From Candidatus Versatilivorator sp. (lineage in GTDB: Bacteria > Acidobacteriota > Terriglobia > Versatilivoradales > Versatilivoraceae): DNA of 64,000 bases. The stretch lies in the NCBI GenBank assembly GCA_965207735.1, contig OZ242296.1, forward strand, positions 4,448,001 through 4,512,000, given 5' to 3'. The position numbers and the translations under genes were made by a program. Below the pieces are notes generated by a model. The model was not told where the DNA came from and did no database searches. It saw only the letters and a program-made list of their open reading frames with translations. This document shows, one piece after another, positions 32,159 to 43,151 of the stretch. The number at the start of each line of letters is the position of its first letter. Positions within the stretch are counted from its first letter, which is position 1.

Positions 32159-33036
32159 CGCAAGCCGGAGAGTTGTTCCAGCAGCGTGAAGATGACCGAG
32201 TGATCCTTCTGTCCCTTGCCTTGGGCACTGCAGGAAGAAAACAGCTCATGCACCAGGCCGGTGGAGGGCAGCGCCACTCCCAAGGCCTTTCCCGCCAACA
32301 GAGCATTCTTGACGTCCTTGATATGCAGGTCCATCTTGAATCCGGGTTCGAACTTGCCCTCCACAAAGGCCGGGATCTTCATGTCCAGGGTCCGGCCGCC
32401 GGCCATGCCGCCCCGAATGGCCTCATACACCAGCTGGATGTCGACACCGGCTTTCTTGGCCAGGACCATGGCTTCGGAGACAGCCTGAAGCACACCGGCG
32501 ACAATGATCTGATTGGAGAGCTTGGCGAATCCTCCGGCGCCGACTTCTCCCACGCGCACCACGCTCTTGCCCATGCTGTCCAGAATGGGCTTGACCCGAG
32601 AAAAGACCGATTCCTCGCCCCCGACCATGATGGAAAGGGTCCCCTGAATGGCGCCGATCTCGCCGCCGCTGACGGGAGCGTCCAGCATGGCGACGCCCCG
32701 ACCTTTCAATTCGGCGGCAATCCGCTGTGTGGTGATGGGAGAAATGGAGCTCATGTCCACCACGACGCCACCCTCGGCAATGCCCTCGATCACCCCGTTG
32801 CCTCCCAACACGACCGACTCCACCTCCGGGGAATCGGACACGATGGTGATGACCACCTCCGCTCTGGCCCCCACCTCCTTGGGAGACTCGACCTGGCGTG
32901 CTCCCAATTCCACCAGTTCCGCGGCCTTTGAAGCCGTCCGGTTGTAGACCACCAGCGGATACCCAGCCTTGATGAGGTTCCTGGCCATGGGTTTTCCCAT
33001 GATGCCAAGACCTATGAATCCGATCGTTTGTGCCAT
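32155..33036 (-). CDS. garR: 2-hydroxy-3-oxopropionate reductase / beta-hydroxyacid dehydrogenase
   Basis: IGFIGLGIMGKPMARNL, LDAPVSGGE, FEPGFKMDLHIKD. Confidence 0.8.
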   Translation of the reverse strand: MAQTIGFIGLGIMGKPMARNLIKAGYPLVVYNRTASKAAELVELGARQVESPKEVGARAEVVITIVSDSPEVESVVLGGNGVIEGIAEGGVVVDMSSISPITTQRIAAELKGRGVAMLDAPVSGGEIGAIQGTLSIMVGGEESVFSRVKPILDSMGKSVVRVGEVGAGGFAKLSNQIIVAGVLQAVSEAMVLAKKAGVDIQLVYEAIRGGMAGGRTLDMKIPAFVEGKFEPGFKMDLHIKDVKNALLAGKALGVALPSTGLVHELFSSCSAQGKGQKDHSVIFTLLEQLSGLR

Positions 33037-33062
33037 GACGCTCTCCTGTGCATTCCTTCGCA

Positions 33063-34106
33063 TCAAACCGGCGGCAACTCCACCGGCCTTTTCTCTCTGG
33101 CCGAGCGGTAGACCGCGAGAACAATCTCCAGGGCCTTGAGCCCCTCTTCCCCATCCACCAGGGGAGGCCGGTCCTCCCGAATGGCCGCAATGAAATCCTC
33201 GAACTGCCGTCGGTGGTTGGCCACCTCCGACTTGATGGAGGCTGAAAACGGATCGGAGCTCCCCGACCCGGCTACCGTTCGGCCCCGGCTCCCGCCGGTC
33301 ATTCCGGGGACGTCCCAGCGGGCCAACTCATCCCCCTCCAGAAGCAGGCTTCCCTTCTCGCCAAACAGCTCCAACCGCCGCGGGAACCCCGGCCGCAGGG
33401 AGGTGGATCCCTGAACCACGCCCAAGGCGCCGCATCCGAATTCTATAACAGCCACCGCGGTATCCTCCGTCTCGATCGAAGCGTGCAGGAGATTCCTGGC
33501 AAGTCCAAACACCGACCGGGGGCGGCCCACCAGGTATTGCAGCAGGTCGATGGTGTGAATCGACTGGTTGATCAGCGCTCCTCCGCCGTCCAGGGCCCAG
33601 GTAGCCCGCCAGGGTCCGGCCTGGAAATAGTCGGGCTTGCGGAACCACCTCACCGACGCTTCCCCCAGGAGCACCTTCCCCAGAGCTCCGCCCTGCACCG
33701 CTGCCCGAATTCTTTGGACCGCCGGCAGAAATCGGGACTGAAAAATGACCCCTAGTCGGACGCCGGCCTCCCGGCAGGCGGCGGTCAGAAGTCTGCCCTT
33801 CTCCAGGTTCACCTCAATGGGCTTCTCCACCATGACGTGCTTGCCGGCCCGGGCCGCCAGCATTCCCAGCTCACCGTGAGTTCCACTGGGAGTGCAGACA
33901 CTCACGGCATCCATTCCGGGGCGCTCGAGAAAACGATCCAGGTCCAGGTCCCAACTGACGCCGTAGCGTTCGGCCTGCCGTTCGGCCCGAGGCCGGGTCC
34001 GGTTGTGGAAGCCGATCAGCCTGGCCCCGGGAATGGATTGAATGGCCTGAGCGTGCACATCGGACACCCCTCCGCACCCGATGATTCCAATTCCGATTTC
34101 CGCCAT
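33063..34106 (-). CDS. Gfo/Idh/MocA-family oxidoreductase
   Basis: GIIGCG, GKHVMVEKP, GGGALINQSIHTID. Confidence 0.92.
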   Translation of the reverse strand: MAEIGIGIIGCGGVSDVHAQAIQSIPGARLIGFHNRTRPRAERQAERYGVSWDLDLDRFLERPGMDAVSVCTPSGTHGELGMLAARAGKHVMVEKPIEVNLEKGRLLTAACREAGVRLGVIFQSRFLPAVQRIRAAVQGGALGKVLLGEASVRWFRKPDYFQAGPWRATWALDGGGALINQSIHTIDLLQYLVGRPRSVFGLARNLLHASIETEDTAVAVIEFGCGALGVVQGSTSLRPGFPRRLELFGEKGSLLLEGDELARWDVPGMTGGSRGRTVAGSGSSDPFSASIKSEVANHRRQFEDFIAAIREDRPPLVDGEEGLKALEIVLAVYRSAREKRPVELPPV

Positions 34107-34125
34107 GCCGTCAGCCCTTTCCAGT

Positions 34126-34154
34126 TTGCCTGATGTTTCACTCTCGAATAATCC
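34126..34154 (-). repeat. Degenerate fused IS110-type left and right ends
   Basis: Minus strand GGATTATTCGAGAGTGAAACA-TCAGGCAAA. Confidence 0.55.
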
Positions 34155-34172
34155 TTTTGCCAGGCAGTTCGG

Positions 34173-35231
34173 CTACCCCGCGCCGCCATCCCACAGGTGA
34201 TCCAGTTGAACCGCCCGGCCCGATCGGGCCGACCGATAAGCCGCCGCCAGCAGCAGGGACGCTGTCATCCCTTCTTCCCCCGGAACGGTGGGTGGGCGGT
34301 CCTCCAGGATCGCGCCATTGAAATCCTCGATCAGGGGCCGATGGACGTTCTCCGCCTTGGGGACCGGATACGCCTTCCCGCCGGCTCCGGTCAACTCCAG
34401 TCGATCTCCGTTGAGGGGCGCTGCCCTGAGACATCCCCGCGCCCCCAGAATTTCGAAATCGTCTCGCGGAGGCTCCACGCAATGGCTGGCGAAGACCATG
34501 GCGTGAATCCCCCCGGCGAAACGGATGAGCAGACTTCCGGTGTCTTCGACTTCGATGGGACAGACACGGGTATCGGTGAAGGCCGACACCGACTCGGGAG
34601 TCCCGAAAAGCATGGCCAGCACGTCCAGGCGGTGGCTGGCCATATCCATCAGCAGGCCGCCGCCCCCCTGGTTCCGGACAAACCTCCAGCCTGGATGGCC
34701 TCCCTCCTTCAACCGGGCATGTTCCACCAGGGTGGACCGCGCCAGAATGGGCCGGCCGATCGCCCCTTGATCCAGCAGCTCTTTCATCTTCAGCACCACC
34801 GGATAGAAGCGCCGGTAGTAGGCGACACCCAGCTTGACTCCGTTGCCGCGGCAGGCGTCGATCATGCGCCGGCATTCCTGCGGGTTCATGGCCATCGGCT
34901 TCTCACACAACACGTGTTTGCCGTTTTCGGCCGCCTCAATGGTCTGGGCGCCATGCAGCCACACCGGCGTCGCCAGGTATACGGCTGTCAACTCGGAGTC
35001 GCCGAGCATTTCCCGGTAGTCGGCATATCCCTTGGGAATGGAATGCCGGGACTGAAACTCGGCCAGGCGTTGAGGATTGCGGCGAGTGCAACCTGCCAGT
35101 CTGCCCTGCGCCGATTCCTGAATGGCCCTCACCACCCGCTTTTCGGCGATGTCGCCGCATCCCGCCAAACCCCAGGTTACTTCCCCGTCCACGGTTAATG
35201 ACCCGATCCTTCCTGTCCTCTTGCCCGGCAC
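34173..35231 (-). CDS. Gfo/Idh/MocA-family oxidoreductase
   Basis: GLAGCG, GKHVLCEKPMA, GGGLLMDMASHRLD. Confidence 0.9.
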   Translation of the reverse strand: MPGKRTGRIGSLTVDGEVTWGLAGCGDIAEKRVVRAIQESAQGRLAGCTRRNPQRLAEFQSRHSIPKGYADYREMLGDSELTAVYLATPVWLHGAQTIEAAENGKHVLCEKPMAMNPQECRRMIDACRGNGVKLGVAYYRRFYPVVLKMKELLDQGAIGRPILARSTLVEHARLKEGGHPGWRFVRNQGGGGLLMDMASHRLDVLAMLFGTPESVSAFTDTRVCPIEVEDTGSLLIRFAGGIHAMVFASHCVEPPRDDFEILGARGCLRAAPLNGDRLELTGAGGKAYPVPKAENVHRPLIEDFNGAILEDRPPTVPGEEGMTASLLLAAAYRSARSGRAVQLDHLWDGGAG

Positions 35232-35701
35232 GTGTCTGCCCTCGGCACCCCGCTGTCCATGGGCTGACCCCCACGGCTACCTGCTGCCGCGGCTTCGCCG
35301 CTCGAAAAGGGAGCCGGCACGAGCAGCGTTTTCTCGGGTGCGAACCATCAATCCCGGCCACACCGCACCACTCGAACCCCTGGGCCATTATCCAAAAAAA
35401 AGCACGTTTCCGCTTGCAGTGTCGTGACTTACGGGAGAGCTGCGAAGCTGCGGTTGGCGTGGCTAACCGAGGAAACGCCCCCTATGAGCCATCCTTATAG
35501 AGCTGCGGAGCTGCGGCCTCGTGTAGCCCCGGGCGGCAGCCCGGGGTCGTATCGATTTTGCACCAACCCAGCCGCGAATGCGGCGAATAGAAAGCACCCG
35601 TTCCAGAACGCATTGCTTCCCCAAAGAAACGCCGCCCCACACCGCGATCACCCGCTGCCGCGACCTTCGGGGTTCTACCGGCAGCATTTGGCCGGACGCC
35701 T

Positions 35702-36379
35702 TCAGGACTGGTTGGCGCGGCTTTTCCCGAACAGATAGGCGCCCAGGACTCCACCCAAGGTGGTCAAAATCCCGCAAAGGATCAACTTGGTCAACAGGCT
35801 GACGATGATAAAAACAGGATCGAGCGGATCACTCAAGAACTCCATCGCCTGCTCCACGAACTCGGGCGGAAGGCCTTCTATTGCAGCAAACTGCTCTCGA
35901 ACACTGTCCAGGTTCTCCGGCCCGGAGACCAACCTGACCAGAACCTCCAGGAACAGCCAGACCAGGGAGCCGAACAGGCCGGTGAGAAGCCCCAGGCTGG
36001 CACCGGTCCCGGACGAAATCAATCCCGGCGTCTCGGTCCGGAGAAAATAGACCGCCAGGACTCCGCCGCCTGCCACCCAGAGCAGACAGCAGATGTTCAC
36101 GTAGGGCATGGCGGAGAGCACTCCCAGAACGGCTCCGGCCATCAAGGCCGGCTTGGTCAGACTGGGACCGGGAGTGGGTGGGAACGGGGGTGGCGAAGAC
36201 GCCTGCGGTGGTGAAGGTTCGACGGGGGCGGGTTCGCCGGCAGCAGAAGAGGTTTGTTCCAAGGGGACGTTTACGGGCTTGGGATTGGGATCCACGTGAC
36301 CCACGGGCGCTCCGCAAATGGGGCACAAGCTTGCACTGTCGTCAAGCATCTGCTGGCAACTGGGACACTGTTTGGGCAT
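35702..36379 (-). CDS. Zinc-ribbon membrane protein
   Basis: CPSC..CPICG, Pro-rich linker, about four TM segments. Confidence 0.75.
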   Translation of the reverse strand: MPKQCPSCQQMLDDSASLCPICGAPVGHVDPNPKPVNVPLEQTSSAAGEPAPVEPSPPQASSPPPFPPTPGPSLTKPALMAGAVLGVLSAMPYVNICCLLWVAGGGVLAVYFLRTETPGLISSGTGASLGLLTGLFGSLVWLFLEVLVRLVSGPENLDSVREQFAAIEGLPPEFVEQAMEFLSDPLDPVFIIVSLLTKLILCGILTTLGGVLGAYLFGKSRANQS

Positions 36380-36454
36380 GGCCTGAAAACCTCCGGCCCC
36401 AAAGCTTGAAAGCAAGGAGGCAGGTTGTCAAGCCAGAAGAAAAAGGGGGGTGAA

Positions 36455-36487
36455 GAAAAGGACGGGGAGACAACCAAATCTCCCCGC
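36455..36487 (-). terminator. Possible intrinsic terminator
   Basis: Minus strand CGGGGAGA..TCTCCCCG followed by TCCTTTTCTT, just after the 36514 stop. Confidence 0.5.
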
Positions 36488-36513
36488 GACAGGTGGGATT
36501 GGCGGTGCCATTG

Positions 36514-37902
36514 CTACTCTAATTCCTTGAGATCGTACAGGTCGTGCTTCCGTTCCAGCGTGAAATGCCCCTTGTCGAATCGCTCCATTCCATCAAAGTA
36601 GATGGTATCGCCGCTCATCATCTGACCTTCGACTTCGTCGGCAAACATCCGGTAGCCGATAAAGGGGGGGAGAGAATCCCTGGACGGGGGAGCGTCGAAG
36701 AAATTTTGGATTTCCAGGAGAATCGATCCGTTGATGACCTCCCCTGTAATGAGAAATTCCCGGTCGATAGTGGGGAAGGTCCCGCTCAGAATCTGAAGCG
36801 CCCCATAGAGCATGTCTCTCTCCTGATGGAGCGCCACCTTGACATCAGCGTTCATGATTGTCCCCCTGAGTTCACCCTCCCAAATTCCGGCGATAGCCAT
36901 GGTATCGGGTTGGGGCATTGCAAAGGCGGGGAAGAACCCAGCAAAGGGACCGGTGGTGCTTTCAACCAGGGAGGTGGCAACGATTACCGGCTCACCATCG
37001 TACTCCTCGGGGTAATCCACCTCGATGACGATCTGACCGTAGCTACCGGGCACCGACGAACGAATGTCGTCGCTCACAAACATTGCATGTTTGCGGACAT
37101 CGACGGGAGGCAGGGACCGTTGCAAGGCTCCGTTTCGATCGAAGAGCTTGATCCGGAGCCGTCCCGTCCCCACGCCGATGTTGACCACCGCCAACCGCGA
37201 CTGGAAGGAGCCCGCCTTGACCGAGGACTGTATGAGAAGCGGGTTGGAGGGATTCCCCTGGCTCTCCACGAAGGACAAGGGTTTGAAGATCTGGTCCGCG
37301 ATGGCCAGCTCCATGGCGGGGTCGTTGCTCATCCGGTCCAGAATGACCGAGGCCCAAGCGGTGATGGGTTCATCCGAGAAAATATGCAGCCATCCGGTGG
37401 TTGCCGTCCCTCTTCCGGATTCAGGTACCATATCTCTATGGCTGAAGATATCGTTGATTTGAAGCATCTGGTTCGACCGCACGTCATAGAAACCGTATCG
37501 GTCCAGTTCTCCGGATGGATCGTACAGTAGAATCAATACGCTGGCTTTCGGATCGGCCCCCTTCTGTACTGAATACCGGGTGAAGTTGTTGAGTCCGACG
37601 TTGGTTCGGGCTCCGCCCTCGCTGGTGACCATGGGTATCACGATGGAATAGTTGTCGAAGTCGCCGTCTCCAGAGCCTTCCTGATTGGCTTGCTGCAAGT
37701 GGCTGCGCAGTTGCAGCACGGACCCACTAAGGTTGGATCGGCTGAGGCGGATGGCCCTTAACCGTTCATGCATCGCGTCCCTTCCCCCGACCGTCCTCCT
37801 CGCGGAGGCCTCTCTCCCCGCGCTTCGGTCTTGAGCCCAGGCCGCCGGGGACAGCAGCAATGCGGCACTCAGACACCAGGTTGCCCGTTCAAGAGTTTTC
37901 AT
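36514..37902 (-). CDS. Hypothetical secreted protein with two repeated beta-rich domains
   Basis: Signal peptide (AWA), AGGAGG RBS; related segments RTNVGLNN and QSRLAVVN. Confidence 0.75.
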   Translation of the reverse strand: MKTLERATWCLSAALLLSPAAWAQDRSAGREASARRTVGGRDAMHERLRAIRLSRSNLSGSVLQLRSHLQQANQEGSGDGDFDNYSIVIPMVTSEGGARTNVGLNNFTRYSVQKGADPKASVLILLYDPSGELDRYGFYDVRSNQMLQINDIFSHRDMVPESGRGTATTGWLHIFSDEPITAWASVILDRMSNDPAMELAIADQIFKPLSFVESQGNPSNPLLIQSSVKAGSFQSRLAVVNIGVGTGRLRIKLFDRNGALQRSLPPVDVRKHAMFVSDDIRSSVPGSYGQIVIEVDYPEEYDGEPVIVATSLVESTTGPFAGFFPAFAMPQPDTMAIAGIWEGELRGTIMNADVKVALHQERDMLYGALQILSGTFPTIDREFLITGEVINGSILLEIQNFFDAPPSRDSLPPFIGYRMFADEVEGQMMSGDTIYFDGMERFDKGHFTLERKHDLYDLKELE

Positions 37903-38014
37903 GGCCTTCCTCCTTACTGATCGACTGGCTGGATCGACTCCCAAGAGAATGCTGGTTGTGATGCCCCCGACGCCCAAAGAGTTTCAGGGCGTGTCGCTGG
38001 TAGTCACTTACGCG

Positions 38015-38230
38015 ACGCCGAGTCTGCCCCCCTCCGGATCGACTGCGGGCTGCGCCCTTGTCTCTCCGACTCCCCCTCAAGGGGGGAGTGATACCCGAGG
38101 CTTGCATGGGGCGCCTTGCCCGTTTCCTGGGCAGGATGTAAACCATGTTTCCGGTTTATTGTGTAAACCATGTTCGGCTTGCACACAGAAGTCGAGCCGT
38201 ATGGCGAAGGCTGATGCGGTGGGGGGCGGT
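38015..38230. repeat. Repeat family B copy
   Basis: Same motifs; TGTAAACCATGTT core duplicated. Confidence 0.8.
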
Positions 38231-38270
38231 CGCCGGCGCGGCTTTGCGGCAACCCCAGGTCACTTCAGCG

Positions 38271-38315
38271 AAGGGGCGGTTTATTCGGAATGAAACAGAA
38301 CTGTTTCAGGCAAAG
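38271..38315 (+). repeat. Degenerate minimal IS110-ended element
   Basis: GGGGCGGTTTATTCGGAATGAAACAGAACTGTTTCAGGCAAAG. Confidence 0.6.
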
Positions 38316-38316
38316 G

Positions 38317-40236
38317 TCAGAATTGGGCGGAAATTTCGTCCAGGCGGGCCTGGTTCACCAGGATATCTCCCCGGTCCTGCATCCGGGTCCTGGCCCCTTC
38401 CAGGAAGGCGTCGAAAACGGTCTGCCGCTTCCGGGTCACCAACCGGTTGCGTATCTCCTCTTTTTCCACGGCAAACTTCTCCGGATCGATATCCTGTCTC
38501 TCCGTGAGAACAGCCACCACCAGCCGCCTGCCCACCTGGATGGGCTCACTGACCTCCCCCTCCTTGGCCGAAAAGGCAAACTCATCCAGTGGGGTGCTCG
38601 CACCCAGATCCGGAATGGAACCATTGCGGCTGAAGGGATCGCTGAGCTTGACCTCGATACGGGCTCGCCGAGCCGCTGATGACAATTTTCGACCGGCCTT
38701 CACATTCTTGACCAGGTCCTCGGCCTTGGATTGAGCCACAGCATTGGTTTTCTGAGTGAGTACGTCCTGGTCCACCCTGCCACGCACCTCTTCCAATTCA
38801 GGAACTCCGGAGGGCTTCACCTGAACCAGGCGGGCCAGAACGAATCCGTTGGGGACCCGCTGGGGTGCGCTGATGGCTCCCTCCGACATGGAGAACACCC
38901 TGGTCGAAAGATCGGGTGCATTTCCGATCCCGGGAATGGCGGCTCCCGGAGAGAACAAGGGCGAGGTTTCAGACACCAGGTCCAACTCCTTGGAAATTTC
39001 CTCGAAGGAGCGTTCATTCCTGGTTTGCCGGTAGGCCTTGTCGGCCAGATCCCTTGCCGCCGCCTCGGCCTTTTCACTGGTGATCGAGGACCGAATGAGG
39101 CCTTCCACCTCTTCGAGGGCCTGGGTGCGAGCGGCCTGCTTCTCAAGCACCTTGATGATGTGAAATCCAAACTGGGTAGTCACCAGCCCGCTGATTTCAC
39201 CCTTGGCCAGGCCGAATGCCGCCCGTTCGAATTCAGGCACCATCCTGCCGCGGCCAAAGAACCCCAAGTCTCCGCCGCTTGCAGCCGAACCGTCCTCGGA
39301 GTGCCGCCTCGCCAATTGGGCAAAATCCTTGCCCGCCTTGGCCTCTTCAAGAACCCTCTGGGCCTTCTGCCGAATCTTCTGCACGGACTCGGGCGACTCG
39401 CCGGCGGTCTTGAACAGAATATGAGCAGCCTGAACCTGTTCCTGAACCTGAAATTCGGACCGGTTCTTCCGATAGTAGTCCTGCATATCCTCGTCAGTGG
39501 GCTCGAAGGTGGCCCTGAGCCGGCTGGTGTCCGCCAGCAGATACTCGATCCGACGCTGCTCCGGAAGACGGTAGGTCGCCTTGTTCTCCTCGTAGTGGGC
39601 CGTGATCTCATCCAGAGCAACGAACACCGATTCCTTGAACGAATCGGGGTCAATGACCGCGTAGCGGATTCTGGCCTTCTCGTTCCGAAGCCGATAGTCT
39701 TCTTCGGCCTCCCAATCGGAGACATTCACATATTCAGTGACCAGACCACGCAATTTTTCCTGCATGATCTCATAACGAATCGATTCCTCGAATTCCTCCA
39801 CCGTCAGTCCGTTTTGGCGCAGGATCGCCTTGTACCGGGCGAGAAAGAAGTTCCCCTCTTCGAGAAAGGCCGGAACGGTCAGGATTTTCTCCTGAATCTC
39901 CTCGGAGGTGGCATCCACTCCCAGCCGGCGGCCCTGTTGGAAGACGATCTCGCGGCTGATGAGTTGATTGAGGATCTGCTGTTCGATCCTTAACTGTCTC
40001 AACAATTTGCGATCGTAGGGCACTTGGCTGCTTCGCAGAAACCGGAACAGGGCAACCTTCAGTTCCGCCGCTGAGATCTCGTTGCTTCCCACGCGGGCGA
40101 CAAAGGGCACGCCGATCTCATGGCCCCATACCCCGCCGACTCCCGGGATCAGGTAGCTCACCAGGCCCACCACCAGCAACGGCAGAACCACCCAGGCGAA
40201 CACCCGTTTTTGCCGACGCATGACATCCAGGATCAT
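38317..40236 (-). CDS. ppiD: PpiD/SurA-like periplasmic chaperone with parvulin domain
   Basis: N-terminal [37 protein letters not shown]. Confidence 0.88.
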   Translation of the reverse strand: MILDVMRRQKRVFAWVVLPLLVVGLVSYLIPGVGGVWGHEIGVPFVARVGSNEISAAELKVALFRFLRSSQVPYDRKLLRQLRIEQQILNQLISREIVFQQGRRLGVDATSEEIQEKILTVPAFLEEGNFFLARYKAILRQNGLTVEEFEESIRYEIMQEKLRGLVTEYVNVSDWEAEEDYRLRNEKARIRYAVIDPDSFKESVFVALDEITAHYEENKATYRLPEQRRIEYLLADTSRLRATFEPTDEDMQDYYRKNRSEFQVQEQVQAAHILFKTAGESPESVQKIRQKAQRVLEEAKAGKDFAQLARRHSEDGSAASGGDLGFFGRGRMVPEFERAAFGLAKGEISGLVTTQFGFHIIKVLEKQAARTQALEEVEGLIRSSITSEKAEAAARDLADKAYRQTRNERSFEEISKELDLVSETSPLFSPGAAIPGIGNAPDLSTRVFSMSEGAISAPQRVPNGFVLARLVQVKPSGVPELEEVRGRVDQDVLTQKTNAVAQSKAEDLVKNVKAGRKLSSAARRARIEVKLSDPFSRNGSIPDLGASTPLDEFAFSAKEGEVSEPIQVGRRLVVAVLTERQDIDPEKFAVEKEEIRNRLVTRKRQTVFDAFLEGARTRMQDRGDILVNQARLDEISAQF

Positions 40237-40744
40237 TGGTCTTCACACCCCCTGGTGAGAAATGCGGGTTAACCCGTCAACCCTGAAACAGCCATTATAG
40301 CAGAGCGGGAATCGTCTCAAAACATGTACCTCAAGAGTGCGTTTCACCCCTGAGAAAATGAGGGTTAAGTGTTTGTAAATCAAGGGAAACTTTGCTACTC
40401 TAGGACGAACCGAAACACAGTTGCCGCCTGCTTTGACAGCGGTCCGGGCACGACGTTTCCCAGCGCAACCTGAATCCGTTCGAACCAAGGCGGACCCTCC
40501 GGAGAGCCAATCAGGCAACGGCAGCCTCTAATTCCCGACTGGAGAATCGGAAGACCTTCTTGAGCATTGGACCACCGCAACCCGCCAGAGTTGGAGAATC
40601 CTGTTTGGAAACCGGTTTCAATCCGACTGCATTGGTGTTGGGCGCCTGTTCAAAGTTGATCATCGGTAACTCGTGTCGACAGCAAGCGCACGCTGGACCC
40701 GTTCCTGCTGAGGGAACGATGCCGGTCGAGGAGCTAGCCACTGA

Positions 40745-41776
40745 ATGAGTTTGCGAACTGCCTTCCACCTCTTTTCCAGCGACCTTGCCATAGATCTGGG
40801 CACGGCCAACTCCCTGGTCTTTGCCAAGGGGAAGGGAATCGTGGTCGATGAACCCTCCATCGTGGCCGTCAACGAATCCACGGGTGATGTGGAAGCCGTG
40901 GGCCGCGAGGCCAAGTACATGCTGGGGCGCACCCCAGCCAACATCGTCGCCATCCGTCCGCTGAAGGACGGCGTCATCGCCGACTTCAAGATCACCGAAA
41001 GGATGCTGACCTACTTCATCCGCAAGGCCCATGGCCGGAAGTTGCTGGTTCACCCCAGGATTGTCATTGGAGTTCCCTCGGAAATCACCCAGGTCGAGAA
41101 GCGGGCCGTCATCGACTCGGCCTACAGGTCCAAGGCCAGCGAGGTCTACCTGGTGGAGCAGGCAATGGTAGCGGCCGTGGGAGCGGGACTTCCGGTCTCC
41201 GAACCCTCGGGGAATCTGGTGGTGGACATCGGAGGCGGCACCACCGACATCGCCGTCATCTCCCTGTCTGGGATTGTCTACGGCCGCTCAGTCAGGCTGG
41301 CCGGCCATGAGCTGGACGACGCCATCATTCGATACATTCGAGCCAAGCACAACCTGCTGATCGGTGAGCGCACCGCGGAACAGATAAAGATCGAAGTCGG
41401 TTCGGCCTACCCCCTGGACGAACCGGTAACCATGGAGATCAAGGGGCGGAACCTGGTCGAGGGAATTCCGAAAACCGTTGTCATTACCGACGGTGAAATC
41501 CGCGAAGCGCTGGCGGAGGGCGTGGGGGCCATCGTCAATGCGATCCGGGCGGTGCTGGAAAGAACGCCACCCGAACTCTCGGCCGACATCGTAGACAAAG
41601 GCCTCATCCTGACGGGAGGAGGCGCCTTGCTTCGGAACCTGGACAAGTGTATCCGGGAGGAAACCGGATTGCCGGTCACCGTGGCGGAAGATCCCCTGTC
41701 CTGCGTGGTCCGGGGGACCGGACAAATGTTGGGAGACTTCAATCTCCTCAAGAAAATCTCTGTCGATTCCTTCTGA
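40745..41776 (+). CDS. mreB: Rod shape-determining protein MreB
   Basis: IDLGTAN, RPLKDGVIADF, VDIGGGTT, LTGGGALL. Confidence 0.97.
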   Translation: MSLRTAFHLFSSDLAIDLGTANSLVFAKGKGIVVDEPSIVAVNESTGDVEAVGREAKYMLGRTPANIVAIRPLKDGVIADFKITERMLTYFIRKAHGRKLLVHPRIVIGVPSEITQVEKRAVIDSAYRSKASEVYLVEQAMVAAVGAGLPVSEPSGNLVVDIGGGTTDIAVISLSGIVYGRSVRLAGHELDDAIIRYIRAKHNLLIGERTAEQIKIEVGSAYPLDEPVTMEIKGRNLVEGIPKTVVITDGEIREALAEGVGAIVNAIRAVLERTPPELSADIVDKGLILTGGGALLRNLDKCIREETGLPVTVAEDPLSCVVRGTGQMLGDFNLLKKISVDSF

Positions 41777-41832
41777 CGACGTCACGACCGGACTAGAAAC
41801 CGGGCTCGGCCCCCTCCATTGGCGTGACATCC

Positions 41833-42654
41833 ATGAAGACGCTATTCAAGTCGCGAAAAGAAGCGGTGATCGTCATTGTAACCCTGGCGGCTCACCTGGC
41901 CCTGCTCTCCACCCAGATCCCGAAGGTCAGTTCCACTCCTCTGTTGCGCAACTGGGCCATGGAGGTCGTCCTGCCGTTCCTGAGGGGCGCTGTCGGTGGC
42001 GTCAGCAGCCTGAGTGGGCTTTGGGAGGACTACGTCCGCTTGAGGGTCGACAAGGAGGAACATGAGCGCCTCAAGAGCCAGGTTCAGGACTACAGGCAAG
42101 CCCTCCTCGTCTACGAAGAAGAGGTTCGCAGGCTCAAACGGCTGGAGGTTCTGGATCTGGTCAAGGTCACTCTGAACCGACCCAGCGTGGCGGCCAACGT
42201 GATTGGCGGAGACGGTCGCATGGGGTATAGCTCCAGAGTCGTGGACAAGGGTTCCAGCTCGGGAATCAGTCGGGATTCCCCGGTGATCAACGCCGAAGGC
42301 GTGGTGGGCCGGGTGGTGCACGTTTCCAGGAACAGCGCGGTGGTGCAGCTGATCTCGGATATGGACAGCGGCGTCGGCATCCTGCTGGAAACCAGCCGCG
42401 CTACCGGCGTATTGAGGGGCTCCGGCCAACAGACGGCCACTATTCACTATGTCCCCCTCACCGAAAAGGCTTCACCCGGAGAGCGGGTGATCACCTCGGG
42501 ACTGGATCAGATTTACCCCAAGGGGCTGCTGGTTGGGAACGTGCTGTCGGCAACCTCAGGCCGGACCGGCTCGCAACAGCTCAAGGTTGCCATCACAGCC
42601 CGGATGAAAAAGCTTGAAGAGGTCCTGATCCTCAAAAAAGAGTCGACAGGCTGA
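41833..42654 (+). CDS. mreC: Rod shape-determining protein MreC
   Basis: TM, coiled coil, VDKGS, GVVGRV, TSGLDQIYPKGL; operon position. Confidence 0.92.
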   Translation: MKTLFKSRKEAVIVIVTLAAHLALLSTQIPKVSSTPLLRNWAMEVVLPFLRGAVGGVSSLSGLWEDYVRLRVDKEEHERLKSQVQDYRQALLVYEEEVRRLKRLEVLDLVKVTLNRPSVAANVIGGDGRMGYSSRVVDKGSSSGISRDSPVINAEGVVGRVVHVSRNSAVVQLISDMDSGVGILLETSRATGVLRGSGQQTATIHYVPLTEKASPGERVITSGLDQIYPKGLLVGNVLSATSGRTGSQQLKVAITARMKKLEEVLILKKESTG

Positions 42655-43148
42655 TGCAATCCCTCATTCAGGCCCTTGTGGACGTGCTGCTGCTGACGGG
42701 GATGGTGGTCATTCAGGGCGTGTCCGCCCACTTCTTCCCAAACGCCGCTTCCCTGCTGAATCTGCCGTTGATTGTCCTGCTCTACATGACACTGACCCAA
42801 GCCGACCTGCTCTGGATCCTTTTCCTGGGAGCCCTGGTCGGCCTGCTGCAAGACAGCCAGGGTGTCCATCTTCTGGGACTCAGCGGATTCTGCAACCTGT
42901 CGGTATGCGTCCTGGTCTACATGGGCGGCACCATGATTGCAATGGACGGCTGGATGATGCGCACCGGCATTCTTGGGCTGTCCTTTGTCGCCGCCGGCTT
43001 CATCTCCTGGGTCCTGCGGGTGGCTTTCCTGGATCGGTTCGAGAGCCTCCCTTTCGACCAGTTGCTGATGGGCGGCCTGGTTTGCGCCGGGCTCGGGCTG
43101 CCGATCTTTACCCTCTTCGATCGATACCTGAAAGAACGGGCACGCTGA
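42654..43148 (+). CDS. mreD: Rod shape-determining protein MreD
   Basis: Hydrophobic, GLLQD motif, between mreC and mrdA. Confidence 0.85.
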   Translation: MQSLIQALVDVLLLTGMVVIQGVSAHFFPNAASLLNLPLIVLLYMTLTQADLLWILFLGALVGLLQDSQGVHLLGLSGFCNLSVCVLVYMGGTMIAMDGWMMRTGILGLSFVAAGFISWVLRVAFLDRFESLPFDQLLMGGLVCAGLGLPIFTLFDRYLKERAR

Positions 43149-43151
43149 CCG

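Noticed and set aside
40240-40744. ncRNA or riboswitch in the ppiD-mreB gap
   Set aside because: No recognisable motif; only a weak IHF-like AT-rich tract near 40366-40390.
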